DNA of 63,977 nt, counting the filler, from Circinaria calcarea (taxonomy: Eukaryota), in assembly GCA_051942165.1 (NCBI GenBank). It is 7 parts of 7 records of this genome, joined end to end, with 100 filler letters (N's around TTAATTAATTAA, not from the genome) between each part and the next. Parts side by side here need not be neighbours in the genome. Positions count along the whole stretch, not along the records: positions 9,245 to 18,369 come from JAVECS010000977.1; positions 18,470 to 27,594 come from JAVECS010000978.1; 5 more parts are not named here. The stretch is one strand, 5' to 3'. The translations under genes and the position numbers were made by a program. Shown here piece after piece: positions 10,152-21,971 of the stretch; position 1 is the stretch's first letter; each line of letters begins with the position of its first letter. A model generated the notes under the pieces. It had not been told where the DNA came from and did no database searches. It saw only the letters and a program-made list of their open reading frames with translations.

Positions 10152-11957
10152 ATGTTATACACTATGTTGGTCGACTTTGTGATAGCTTATGTCACGAGAT
10201 TTGTACCTCTGGGTGCCTTACTTGTTAGCATCGGGCTGGGTGTGTTGTTGCTTGTATGGCGACTGTGGACATTCACTATTGTCCCAATGTGGTGGCGGAA
10301 TGAGCCTAAGGTGTTGCCATATTGGATACCGGTCATAGGTGAACTCTGACTGGACTAATATCGACTTCCTAGGCCATTCTTGTTTAGCTAACTCGAATCC
10401 CTTTCGCTGTCTTAGGTCACACGTGGGCATTCATGCGCAATCCCGAGAAGCTTATCAACAATGGATAGTAAGACTGTTCTCCTTCGGAACGATTCTGTCC
10501 AAGGCGATCACTGAGAGATATACAGCATTTACTTTGGAAATAATCGGCCATTTGCCCTTACCGTAGCCGGTCGCAGAACCGTGGTCATTAGAGATGTCCA
10601 AGACGTGACCGCCGTCTGGCGGAACACCATGGCATTATCTTTTGACCCTTTCGTGGGAGCCGTGCTGAAGGCCTTTGGTATTGCTCCAGTCTCCGTCGAA
10701 AAGGTATTTGCAAACCCGCAAGGTCTGATACACGGCAAGGCGAGGTCCAAGTCGCTTTTAATCAATGACAACCCTTCTAATAAATGCTACATGAACCTGG
10801 AGCGCGATTGGTTTAAGGTGCAGCTGCTTGCGCCGAAGCTGCTCCAGGAATTGCAAGACAGATACCACCGCTTCCTCTGTGAGTCATTGGAGTGGGATCA
10901 GCTTTCGTCTACCTATGTTCTGTCTTCTAAATCCTGGACCGACTCAAAGACAATATCATTGAAGGGATTCAGCAGACACACGATTTCACATTGTAGCACG
11001 AGCACATTCTTTGGCACAAAACTGCTGCAAGTGGCTCCTTCGTTTGCGCAAGACTACCAGGAATTCGAAGAGGAGAGCTGGAAGATCTTCTATCGTCTTC
11101 CTCCTTTCCTAGTCAAGAAGTCGCATATAGCTAAAGCAAAGGCCATCGACGGGCTGATGCAATATCTGTCACTGCCGGAGGAGGAACGATCTGAGCTCGC
11201 GTGGATCTTCAAGACCATGAACATCGAGCTCCGATACCTCTCCCTTCCGCCCCGCGACGTCGCCGGCATTATCATGGTTATTATCTGGGCGTCAGTCTGC
11301 CTCCGAATACACTACTTCATACACTCCAAGGGCCCGCTAACTATCCCCAGCATCAACAACAACGCCCACAAAATCGCCTTCTGGATCTTCGCGCACCTCC
11401 TGCACGATCCCTCCTTCCTCGCCGCCCTCCGCACCGAAACCGACGTCGCCTGCTCCACCTCCGGTGCGGTCGACATGGATGTTCTTCTAACCGCCTGCCC
11501 CCACCTCGACGCCATCTGGCATGAGGCTCTCCGCTTCTACAACGCCGCCTCCGCCGTCCGCGAGGCCCTCGCTCCCTGCGTCGTCGGCACTAAGAACATC
11601 CACCCGGGCGACACGGTGCTTGCGCCCTTCCGGCAGTTCCACCTCAATGGGAGCATCTTCGGCGCGGATGCTCCGATCTTCAGCCCGCGCCGATTTCTGG
11701 AGAATAAGGCGCTGCCGCGGACGAAGGGGTATGCGCCGTTTGGGGGGGGCCATACGTATTGCCCGGGAAGGCTGTTCGCGCAGAGGGAGATTTACCTATT
11801 TGTGGCAGTGACGCTATGGAGGTTGGAGCTGGGGTTGGTGCCGCGGGAAGGGGGTCAGAGGGTGCCGGAGGTGGATATAAATGTGCCGTCTGCGGCGGCG
11901 ATGGGACCGGCGGAGGATGTGCTGGTGCAGATTCGGCCTCGGGTGCACAAGCATTGA
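10152..11957 (+). CDS. Cytochrome P450 (CYP7/CYP8-like fungal type), multi-exon
   Basis: N-terminal TM + EPKVLPYWIPVIG, WHEALRFY (ExxR), FSPRRF, FGGGHTYCPGR heme motif; introns ~10339-10414, ~10468-10525, 11291-11350. Confidence 0.93.
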
Positions 11958-13346
11958 GGTTTGCATTGTATGGACTTCGTGGCAAGGTGACGTTTGACGG
12001 AGAGCGAAGTCGATAGGGAAGGGTATTTTCAATTGGCCTCAACTACAACGCTGACACGTCTTTTCATCCATGAATTATACGGCCTATTGGATTTTTTCTG
12101 GGTAAAGATGGAAGCATCGGAGATGCTTTTGACTATGGGACTAAAGGTGATATTAAGAACCAGCATATCTATGTTTTGCAATCCGTTTTTTGTTTTTCTA
12201 CCATAGAACATATAGATATGTTGTAATAATGTTGATGGCGGAAAAATAAGCAACTGTTAGTAAAGGAGCGAGCGAGGCAAAGCTTGGGAAATTGGAAATG
12301 AAGATTACGACAGCATTCCGTATTAGTACCGAATAATAAATAATATGACATGAGTCATTATGGTAATAAGGTGGCTAAAACAAAGTTACCAGCCGTTCTG
12401 GATTGTTGGCTACGCCCGCAGCTAAGATTGGCCCGGCCCGGCCTGTTTATCATGGTTGGTTATATCTCCGAGCACAGCGCCCACGTGGACCGCAGCATGC
12501 ACCCGTGGGCTTATCGGTCTCGCACGGGCTTCGGTGTTAGGCTGTGGTCAGGTGGAAAACAGCTGTTAGTTCGATCTGCAAAATATACCGGGGAGTTGAA
12601 TGGTTCCTACATATTAAATCTACTCTGTTTTGCAGATCACCCTAATACTTGTGGTCGCAGGGAAAACAGCTGTTAGTACGATTTGCAAATACGGGGGAAT
12701 TAATTGGTCATTACTCCGGATGTACCCTGTATTGCAGCTCGTATTGTCAACTGTTTCCCTTGCGGCCACAGTACAGGACATAGGCGAACATATCTGGCTA
12801 GATAGGCAGGCACAGAGTACTAGGGGCAGGGACCTGAAGCTGTTGTATGGCACAGCCAGTCCATTCGCATTCCAACGGAGTCGTATTTGGGATGGTGCTC
12901 CTTACTGGCAGTTGAATCTCAGGGTTAAACGCACGCCCACTTCTTTCTTGTCTCAAGGACGCAAACATTTAGAGGATTGTAAACGCCAGTGCCCTACGGA
13001 GCGAGTACTCCGTAACCACCTTAAGCGTCTTATTAACTGCCGGGCCACGTGATTTTGTGCTTAGAATACCATGGTACAGTGTACCTCTAATACTGCCAAG
13101 ATGATTCTGCCCTGTCCTGTAGCGCTCCGCTCCAATAATTGCGGTCCAAGGTTGAAAAAAGGGGAATCATGTCAAATTCATAGTACATCTCGTCAAATCG
13201 TGTATTTAAGTTACTTCTTGCTTGTGGTCAACAGGTCCATTGAGTTTTTACAATGTATAAATAATGAATCGGATCTGAGCCAATTCTCCAAGTGTGTGTC
13301 CTCAAGCAGTAATCTTCCTAGCCAGAAGGTCCACCTTTACTTGGTC

Positions 13347-15032
13347 TTACTTGAATTCCTGTGCAGCCTCGACTGTGGCTGGCTTCTCCTGCTTTTCCTG
13401 CTCGAGGCCAAACTCAGTGTTCAATGTCACTCGCATCTCCACGTGCTTCTCCACAAATACGAATAGGAACCCAACAAGCGAAAACGCCAAGCCAACGAGC
13501 CATACCATGCGGAGTGCACTTGCATATACGTCCAACGTTTGCTCCAGCGTCTGACCGCTAAGTGCTTTGACATTGTTAATATAGCCGTAGGCTCCGCCAT
13601 CGGCAAGAGCATTTCGCACATGAGAATCATCGATTCTGTCGAGGACCGCATTGATGCGGCTGTTGAACACAATCGAGGGAATGGTAGCACCCCAGACAAA
13701 GCCAAATGAGCGGATAAAAGAATAGGTGCTTGTCGAAACCGCTGTGTCGCTCTCGGATAGTACAGCTTGTATTGCAGGTAGCTGAGTAGTCAACGGGAAT
13801 CCGATTCCAATCGCTGCAAGAATCTCGAAACAGACCCAGGCGGCCTGACTAGAAGTAGTAGTCAAGGTAGAGAAAAGGCCACAAGCAATGGCAAGAATGG
13901 CAAACCCCATCCAGTGGAAAGGCTTGTATTTGCCCAGTTTGGTCAACAGAGCTCCAGCAAGAGCGGCGCTTGGGATCATAAAAGCATTGATGGGCAGAAT
14001 GTTTATCCCCGAGATCAGAGGTGATGCGGCGAGTTGCGATTGGAAATAAATTGGCAGAACGTACACACACCACTGTAGAAGAATTGAGATTATAAAGTCT
14101 AAAAAATATACCGTTGCCGAAGTTCGATGGGCATAAAGGCGTAGTGGCATTGTGGGCTCTTTGCAGGATGCTTGCTGGACGAAAAATAATATCCATCCCA
14201 AAAAGCCAAGGATGATAGGTAGTATTGTACGCCAGGAACTCCATGGATAAATAATGCCTCCCTGTATCAGGCCTAACAAAATTGATGTTATAGAGGCGAT
14301 GAAAATGGTATTACCCACATAATCGATGCGCGCTAACGAAAGCTTCCAGGTAGGAGATCTGTTCCAGGAGACGCGCAGAAAAGGTATCATGACCGCCAAA
14401 GTCAAGGCACAGATTGGCAGATTTATCCAGAAAGCCCATTTCCATGTTGTTTTGCTGACAATAGCACCTCCTATGACGGGCCCTATAAGGGTTCCAAGAG
14501 CACATGCTCCGAGAACACTACTTAAATATGTACTGCGCTCTCTTAGAGGGACAAGATCGCAGACGATTAAGTCAATCAGCATGATCATGCCGCCAGCACC
14601 AAGTCCCTGTATCAGGCGTCCAGCAATAAACATAGCTGCGGTACTGGCTCCTCCCGCAATTCCACTTCCAAGGGCAAAAAGAGCAACCGAAATGATCATA
14701 GGATAACGCCGACCAAAAATATTGGAGAGTTGGCCATACAAGGGTTGAATGGCCGTCGAAGCAAGCACATAGGCGTTTCCTAACCAAATGTATTCTCCCT
14801 GGCCATTGAGGTCACGAGCAATTGTGGGCAGGGCAGTGAAGATAATTGTACTGTCCGTTGCGCTGACGAAACCGGCGAGGCAAAGACCAACAAAGATCAG
14901 CCAGAAGCGTACACCTTTGGGGGCAGGAGGCTCTTCTTCGTTGCGCACAACATCCTCGTTGGCCGCGACCTTTTGTTCCAGCGAGGGTGGCGACTTTGGC
15001 ATTGAAGCGGAAGACTCGTTTTCCTCGGCCAT
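13347..15032 (-). CDS. MFS drug:H+ antiporter (DHA2, 14-TM)
   Basis: DSTIIFTALPTIA, PLYGQLSNIFGRR, GRLIQGLGAGG, WKWAFWINLP motifs; intronless. Confidence 0.95.
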   Translation of the reverse strand: MAEENESSASMPKSPPSLEQKVAANEDVVRNEEEPPAPKGVRFWLIFVGLCLAGFVSATDSTIIFTALPTIARDLNGQGEYIWLGNAYVLASTAIQPLYGQLSNIFGRRYPMIISVALFALGSGIAGGASTAAMFIAGRLIQGLGAGGMIMLIDLIVCDLVPLRERSTYLSSVLGACALGTLIGPVIGGAIVSKTTWKWAFWINLPICALTLAVMIPFLRVSWNRSPTWKLSLARIDYVGNTIFIASITSILLGLIQGGIIYPWSSWRTILPIILGFLGWILFFVQQASCKEPTMPLRLYAHRTSATVYFLDFIISILLQWCVYVLPIYFQSQLAASPLISGINILPINAFMIPSAALAGALLTKLGKYKPFHWMGFAILAIACGLFSTLTTTSSQAAWVCFEILAAIGIGFPLTTQLPAIQAVLSESDTAVSTSTYSFIRSFGFVWGATIPSIVFNSRINAVLDRIDDSHVRNALADGGAYGYINNVKALSGQTLEQTLDVYASALRMVWLVGLAFSLVGFLFVFVEKHVEMRVTLNTEFGLEQEKQEKPATVEAAQEFK

Positions 15033-15289
15033 GAAAATCGGTTTGAGCAATGATGACTTCTGGCTTGGAAGGGAGCGCTAGCTTGGAAGCAGTCGGACAA
15101 AAACTGCTCCTTCACCAATGGAACCGTTGCAGGTATCGGTCTATAGAGGCTTCCTGAAGGCCTGAAGGATAAAAGCTTTTGGATTGTGTATGGGAAATGG
15201 TTCGAGGACTGAGCAATAAAGCCGGGGGGGGTCTTTGCGCTCTACCCTGGAACAGGATCATGCAACACTAGGGCAGGCACCTATTTGAA

Positions 15290-15316
15290 AGGAGGCCGGG
15301 AAACGACGCTAATTGG
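15290..15316 (-). promoter_or_regulatory. 27-bp motif, copy 2, upstream of MFS gene
   Basis: AGGAGGCCGGGAAACGACGCTAATTGG is the reverse complement of the motif. Confidence 0.6.
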
Positions 15317-15496
15317 GCGCACTATCTGCTCTATATATCGGGCATCCCCACAGAAAATAGGAAGTATTACAGGTAAGGCACTACGTTTTTGGGATGTGGG
15401 TACGAGGGAGGCAGAATATGTGTATGTGTATGCTATGAAATCCCCTATATGTCAAATAGGCTCGGGGAATACCCGAGATATCGAACAGAAGGCGCG

Positions 15497-15523
15497 CCAA
15501 TTAGCGTCGTTTCCCCGCCTCCT
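15497..15523 (+). promoter_or_regulatory. 27-bp motif, copy 3 (inverted relative to copy 2)
   Basis: CCAATTAGCGTCGTTTCCCCGCCTCCT. Confidence 0.55.
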
Positions 15524-15689
15524 TCTCCGAGTGATGTACGAAGTAACCACAATAGATCGCGTATTTTCGCCTACTTCAGCGCAGGCGGGTTTCACAATCT
15601 ATGAAAACAATTATCGCCTTTTTGACATAAGATATATATAGAAGTGTCGTGGTTGAATTAAATCGATGAAGATTTTCATCTTACGCCAG

Positions 15690-17137
15690 CTAAACGAGGG
15701 TGCCATCCACGCCCCGAGCGTAAAGCATAACATTGGCTTCCTGCAGCTCCATATAGCCGCTCTCTGGTAGTGGAGTTCTGGAACCCATCGAGCGCTCGCT
15801 TTTATCCACTTCAACAGGGTATGAAGAGTCGTACGAAGACTTCGATTTTTTGGGATTGCTTTTAATCCTCAAAGAGAGGATGTACTGGTCAAAGAGAGAG
15901 CGAAATGAGCTGAGAAAGCTGGAATTCTCCATGACGTGCTTGGCGAAAGAAGAACAGGCAGGCATCGAACTGCAAATAATAGCGATATTAATTTCCACAG
16001 AACTAAGTCTTGGGTTAGTAAATACTTTTTAACGTGTAGGGAGAGACTTTTTACGCTGTGATAATGAAAGCGCCCTCATTCCAATTAATATCAGGACCGT
16101 AAGAAAGTTGGTAACGATAATAAAGACTAATGCCACTGGCAATTACCGCACTAAAACAAAATGTAATATTAGTATTATAATTGTAAAAAAACTTGCGGAA
16201 AATAAAATAAACTTACAAAAACCCGGTTCCGAAAATGGTAAGAACACCCAATTTTCTTTTCAAAGGTAAATGTAAACCGAATATTATCGGCAAAGGTAAT
16301 ATAAAGATAAAAAAATCCAAAGCTATATTGCAGCTGCCTTGAATAACAGCATATATAACTAGCTTTTTACACTTGGCAAAAACATCCAATGAACCCCATG
16401 ATTGCCCGTGTGCAGGCGTGCAAAAATAAGAAAGCAAAGGTATCATAGATAAATAAACAGCAAAAGTGGCAGCCAGACCAAAATATACAGTAAATCGAAA
16501 TATTTTATTTCGGCCGAAAAGGCGTAGGTAGAGTAAAAAGATTGGTAACCGCGAGGTGAAAAATGCCAAGGCCTGAATCAAGTTTTGCGCAAATCTAATC
16601 TGAGAAGTGCGGTCTTATTAGCGGATGACTTCGAGTGTCCGTATTGAGGTATCAAACCTTCCAGTAATTTTCCGTAAACCATACTACCGGAACATCCCAC
16701 ATATGCCTCGCCACATAGCTCACTAACCAGATGGTTAGCTTTCGATAACCGAGTGGATTGATATTTTATGCTATTACAATCCAAGACAAAGCCAATGTAG
16801 ACGAATGAGAAAATCTACAGTACTATTACTTAGTACGAGGAGCGGCTTTATAAGGGAATGATCTCGGTTTACCATTGCCACCAGACAAAGATCTGCGCCC
16901 AATTAATATATCGTGGGGCTGGATGGAGAAATACTTACAGTCTTCAACTCCTGGTGATCGGGTGACACGAAAGCTCGAGTACAGGCGCAAGGAAACGAAC
17001 AGCAGCGTAAAGACCATCATCACAGTGCAAACGGCAATAATTGCAGCTTGTTGTGATGGAGGATCCACAAAATTGGTAACTTGGCCAGGCGGCGGAGGAA
17101 CCGCCGGCGTTGAAGCAAGAGCAGTAGGATCTATCAT
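15690..17137 (-). CDS. Pth11-like (fungal rhodopsin-domain) integral membrane protein, multi-exon
   Basis: PPPPGQVTNFVDP start, RHMWDVP, NIALDFFIFILPLPIIFGLHLPLKRKLGV, EINIAIICSSMP. Confidence 0.88.
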
Positions 17138-18032
17138 GGTGCTTAAGGACTATTCGATCAATAATAAATTTCAGGAATAATTGGTTGGACACAGATGCTA
17201 CCACGAGGCAATCAGGAACACGCAGGAGACTGGAGACTGGACTTGACTGGCAAGCGGCAAGTGACAGAGCATGCACGGTATATACTTATGTAAACCTGAT
17301 AATGACTGCGTCTTCAAAGCCAACCACCAAGCTGCCTGTACATGCATATATCTGACACATTGCAACATTATCCATCCATGTACCTTGATCACTGCACACC
17401 CTCCCCTTCCTTCGGGCAAGCCCATCGAACCTGCTAGCTTGAGGCAGAGCTGGATTGAAAGGACAACAGAGGAATACGATGGACGTGCCGTAGCTATAAT
17501 ACGATTCCGACTTTGGGCCCACTTTACCTGAGATAACGAGTGAACTAAAAGAGGGTGGCAATGGGAGATCGGTAGATAACTCGATTGGGATAATACCGCC
17601 GATCTGTCACCTGCATGAATTCGGGACAAGATAACATGCATGCCATCGGATAAAATCTCCTATTTACTGCTTCCGTCCACGCCGGCTTCCTGTGGAACGG
17701 CAAAGCACAAATCTCCGACGCAACCCCACCCGCTATTTTAATCTAGGCGTCCGGAGGCTTAAACCGAAACCCCTTGTTTACAAGCGCGGCGGAGCGAGCC
17801 CTAAGTTTCAACAAATGTCGATTGGGTACCTGACCTGATGTGTTCGTTTTTTTAGCGTATTCCGCAGTGTCGACTTACACACCATGTCCTGCCTAGTAAC
17901 CGCCCAATCCACATGACCAGCTGAGTACAATAGGACGACTTACAGCCCGAGTTCGTAAACCAACGTTGATGGAACGCTCGCTCCATCCTTTCCATCTTAC
18001 TATATCTCCACTTGTTGTTGGGTCTAGAAATC

Positions 18033-18369
18033 ATGTCAGCACATGCTCAGCCGCCGGCACAGCTCGAGATTATGGGCGCACCCCCACTGTACAGCGACAC
18101 TCCGCTGGCCGTTATTCCCACACCAAAGTTTGACACAGGGAATGTAAGTCTCCTCGAGCTCACACAGTCGGCTGTCTTTACTGAACTTGACCAGTCGGAC
18201 CCGTTCACTATTGAGGCCTCTCACATGGCCTTGAGCCACAATTCCTTTATCCGTGGCTTCAACAGTATCTATCAGCAAGCTCCACGGATACAACGGGCCG
18301 ACAGTATCGATTTCGTAGGCTATTGCCTCGCCTGGCATGACTGTGTCGCGGAGCATCACCACTACGAGG
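18033..18369 (+). CDS. Hemerythrin/HHE cation-binding domain protein, 3' truncated by contig end
   Basis: ASHMALSHNSFIRGFNSIYQQAP...FVGYCLAWHDCVAEHHHYE. Confidence 0.85.
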
Positions 18370-18469
18370 NNNNNNNNNNNNNNNNNNNNNNNNNNNNNNN
18401 NNNNNNNNNNNNNTTAATTAATTAANNNNNNNNNNNNNNNNNNNNNNNNNNNNNNNNNNNNNNNNNNNN
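18370..18469. other. Artificial contig linker
   Basis: N44-TTAATTAATTAA-N44. Confidence 0.98.
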
Positions 18470-19471
18470 GTTATGGGGATGGTGGGATGCTGATGCGGGG
18501 TCTTGACGCCAGGCGCCTTGGGGCCGGGAGGGGGAGAGAGAGAATTGGGGATCGAGGACGGGACCGTCGGGACCTTGGGTCCAGATGGATGATCGGCGGC
18601 TTTGCGAGGCGAATAGGGTGGAACTGGTTTCGTCCTGCATGGAAAAGGGGCTGATAAGTCCGGATGGCATGCGCGAATGTCTGCCGTGTCTCGATCCACC
18701 GTTTTCAAATCCGGAGGCTGACTCGGACATGTGTCTCGGGACGGAGAGTGTGGTAAACTGCTCATTTTGGGAAGCCTTGGTTGACGGAGGAGGCGAGATG
18801 GGTATGTTGGTGGGCGGAATCTGAAGACTAAATTGCTGGAATCGCTCTGTCCATTCATACGTAGCAGGTGACTCGAGTCCGTTGTAATATGATGGACGCA
18901 CCATGCTCGGCGAGTCTGTCGAGAAATCGCTGGGAATCTTGCTAGCTCGATGTTTGTGATCTGGAGTAAACGGCGTTGAAGCTGCTCTATCCGTCCTTCG
19001 CCTTGATGGTGTTACCGGAGGAGTCTCCGGCGCACGGGATGAACTCGCATAACCAAGACCTTGCGGCTGTGCTTTGCCTTCAAGATTAAGAAGCTCGCTG
19101 CCACTAATAGCTAATCCTTCTGGTCTCATTCGGTGAACAAGCTTTTGGCTCGTTGGGGGAGCCGCAACCACTTTATGGGGACGCCACGAGTCGGCTCGCC
19201 ATGTGTGGATTGGGGTGGGCTGATTGTTCGAGGATTTTGAAGATGACGAACCGACGCCGGAACTGCTGCCTGATTGTGCCATGTCAAAGGCGAAATCGTT
19301 GTCAAAGAGGCACGATCCGTTTGAGTTATCACTCGAGTCGAAAGGATCCGAATCATGGTAGACAAATTGATCAAAGAGATCATTGGAAATAGGATCAAGT
19401 GTTGGGGTAAAGGTGTCAAAGTCTTTGTCCTCGAATGGCGAAAACTCGGCGGGAATAATTGGCGACACCAT
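18470..19471 (-). CDS. wetA: Developmental regulator WetA, N-terminal part (3' truncated)
   Basis: NDLFDQFV, TPPVTP, SPSMVRPS, EWTERFQQFSLQ, PISPPPS blocks match Pezizomycotina WetA as I recall it. Confidence 0.8.
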
Positions 19472-20228
19472 TGTGCTACTCCGGATAGGGCAGCTGAAAG
19501 AAAGTGAACGAAAGTTTCGAGTACAAGCTCAAGGGAAAAGAAGCTTGCCAGATAACCGAGTAGATGTGACGGTGAGGTTCCTTGCAGTAGGATGCACAAG
19601 CTAATGCAGAACTATCCTGAAAAAGCAAATTGAACAAAACAGGAGGCGAATATTTATCATGATCTTCAGCACCAGCCCCGCAATTGAGGAATAACGAGTT
19701 GAAGAATGTAGGGCACGAGCCTCATCAACCTTGCCCGCGACCTGGTTTTGCCTGATCTGTCTGTTCGTAAGGAGAGGTAGCGCCTAGCGAGGTGGCTAAA
19801 CATTCCAATGGAGGCGCCGTTTGCGGCTGGGCAGGGCTGGTAAGCGCCAGCTCCTGGAATGCGCACATCAACCGGGAAACCAAAGCTTCGGAAAGTCGGG
19901 CTTTGGAACAGATACGAGCTTTTTTAGATGGAATACAGAACACCAGAAGATGTATGCAAATGAAGCAAACAGAGAATCTGCTAAGAGTTGTGTTGCAATC
20001 CTTGTTTGTGCTCGATCAAGAATAGTAACAGGCAAGAACGAGGTGATATGCCACGCAAAGGAACGTAAAAGACAATAGAGAAGGATCATCCGACGAGACT
20101 TTTCATGGCATAGTAGACAGCTCAGCTCAACAAAGGCCACACACAATAATTAGAAAAGTTATTATCGAGCCAATGATCTAGAGGTCAACATAGGTTCTGA
20201 AATTGGAACAATGGTGCATTGAGACTCT

Positions 20229-21248
20229 TTAGACATCAAAGTTTTGTACCTCGGGCATTCTCCCAAGCCCACCTCCTCCGACTCCCCTAACACCCTGACT
20301 GAGCTCCTTCCCACCCACCTTCGCCATCGGTTCTTCATGAACCCCACCAGCACTTCTGTCAATGACATGCTTCCTTAGAAGTGATAGGATCTCACTATTC
20401 TTCCACCTTGCCGGCACAGGTCTATACGCAGGCTTGAATGTCCCTACTGTTTGGGCCCATTCGCCGCTCCTCGGTGCTCCATTCCTCCACTCATCAGTCT
20501 CTGACTTATCCATTGGCTTGCCCTGCGCAACTGGTGTGGAAATATCAGAGTTGCCGCCTTCGGCAGTCTCGTGTGAAGTAGGGGTCGGTTCCTGTGTAAC
20601 CCAGTAATAGATATCCCAGTCGTTCTCGTCAAGAAAAAGGTCATATTGTTCAAGTTGCTTGGTGGTCATTTTAGGAAGATTCACGTCGGCGAAGGTGGAG
20701 AGAAGGAGGTCACTTTCGAGGGTTCCCCTCTTCCGGCTTTGGTCTGGAGATAGAAATGGAGATCAGCTACTTGAAACTGGCCGGGATCAAGATACAACAC
20801 GATATGACGGACATAACAACCTAGCTCGCATGGTGTTGATATCTTCTCCCGTCCGCCGCAATGGCTCAACCTTGAACTTTGCTCCCTCCATTTCCCCGAC
20901 TCCAAGCTCAGCGTTGGGGCCTTCTTCAGGTGCTCCTTTCTGAGTATTCCCTGTCATTCGATCTGTATTTTCGGGAACGGAGTCTTTGGGCACAAAGTCC
21001 GGATCGACAGAGCTCAGAAGCTCAGGTGGCGGTTTATCGGCGCCGACACTGGGCATTTCGTTTGCAATTGTGGAGTTGGTGTTGGTCATATGAGGTCCCA
21101 AGGGTTTTGACTTCTGAATTTCCCGCCATTCTGGCGTATTCACGTGCTGCCGCTCATTCGCAAAGTAACGAGGGGTTGTAGTGGAGATGAGGCGGGAGGT
21201 GCTTGGAGTCGCTCGAGAAAGGCGAAGGGCGAGCCTTTGTACTGACAT
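20229..21248 (-). CDS. SDH5: Succinate dehydrogenase assembly factor 2 (Sdh5/SDHAF2), mitochondrial
   Basis: Spliced [24 protein letters not shown]...[15 protein letters not shown]; Arg/Ser-rich presequence. Confidence 0.93.
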
Positions 21249-21971
21249 AATCACGACTGATGATTATCAATTGAGTTCCTGAGAGGATTTAGAAGGGGAG
21301 TATGTAATGAGTGTTGGTAGTGGTGAAGGTAGTTGTTGATGAGAATGGCTGACATCATGGAAGGAGCCAATTCGCCTTGGCGCAGACTCGACCACGAGCC
21401 AAGGTCCGAGGATTCTGACATGGAGAAGCTCCTCATTTAGTAACATGATAAATGGAAGGCTCTTAATTCAAGACAGATATGCATCATTAAGGACTACAGA
21501 AACTCGATATCTGGATTATGCTCTAAGCACCTGATCTACTCACACTTGCAGATGGGCTTACTGCCGATACCTGATCCCGATTCACAGCCAGCAGCTCCTG
21601 CTCTAAACCTCAATCACCAAGAGTAGGTTATCCCTGTACACACAGATCACTATCCCACCCGTGTACATTATCGGGTTCTGTCCCCAAGGGCTCACCAAGG
21701 GTGCTTGATGTATAACTTGAGATTGATATTAAGCAGCCAGTCCTAGTCACCCAGGCCACTGGACGCTGAGCCATTCCATGAGTGGTCCCCCCTACGGGTT
21801 CCGATTCACACCCTGACTTCTGATGCGTAAACTACTGCGGAGGCCAAATGCTCTACTGTAACGAGCAATTCAGTTCGCGGAATAATACCCTCAAAGAGGG
21901 ACGTTTGCTATTTGACCTGTCATGGGTGGAGAAACCCTGTGAACTCCCAATAGCCAACTTGGCCTCTTTGC

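Noticed and set aside
12350..13300. ORFs of 108-140 aa between P450 and MFS
   Set aside because: No recognisable motifs or coding-like composition; likely spurious
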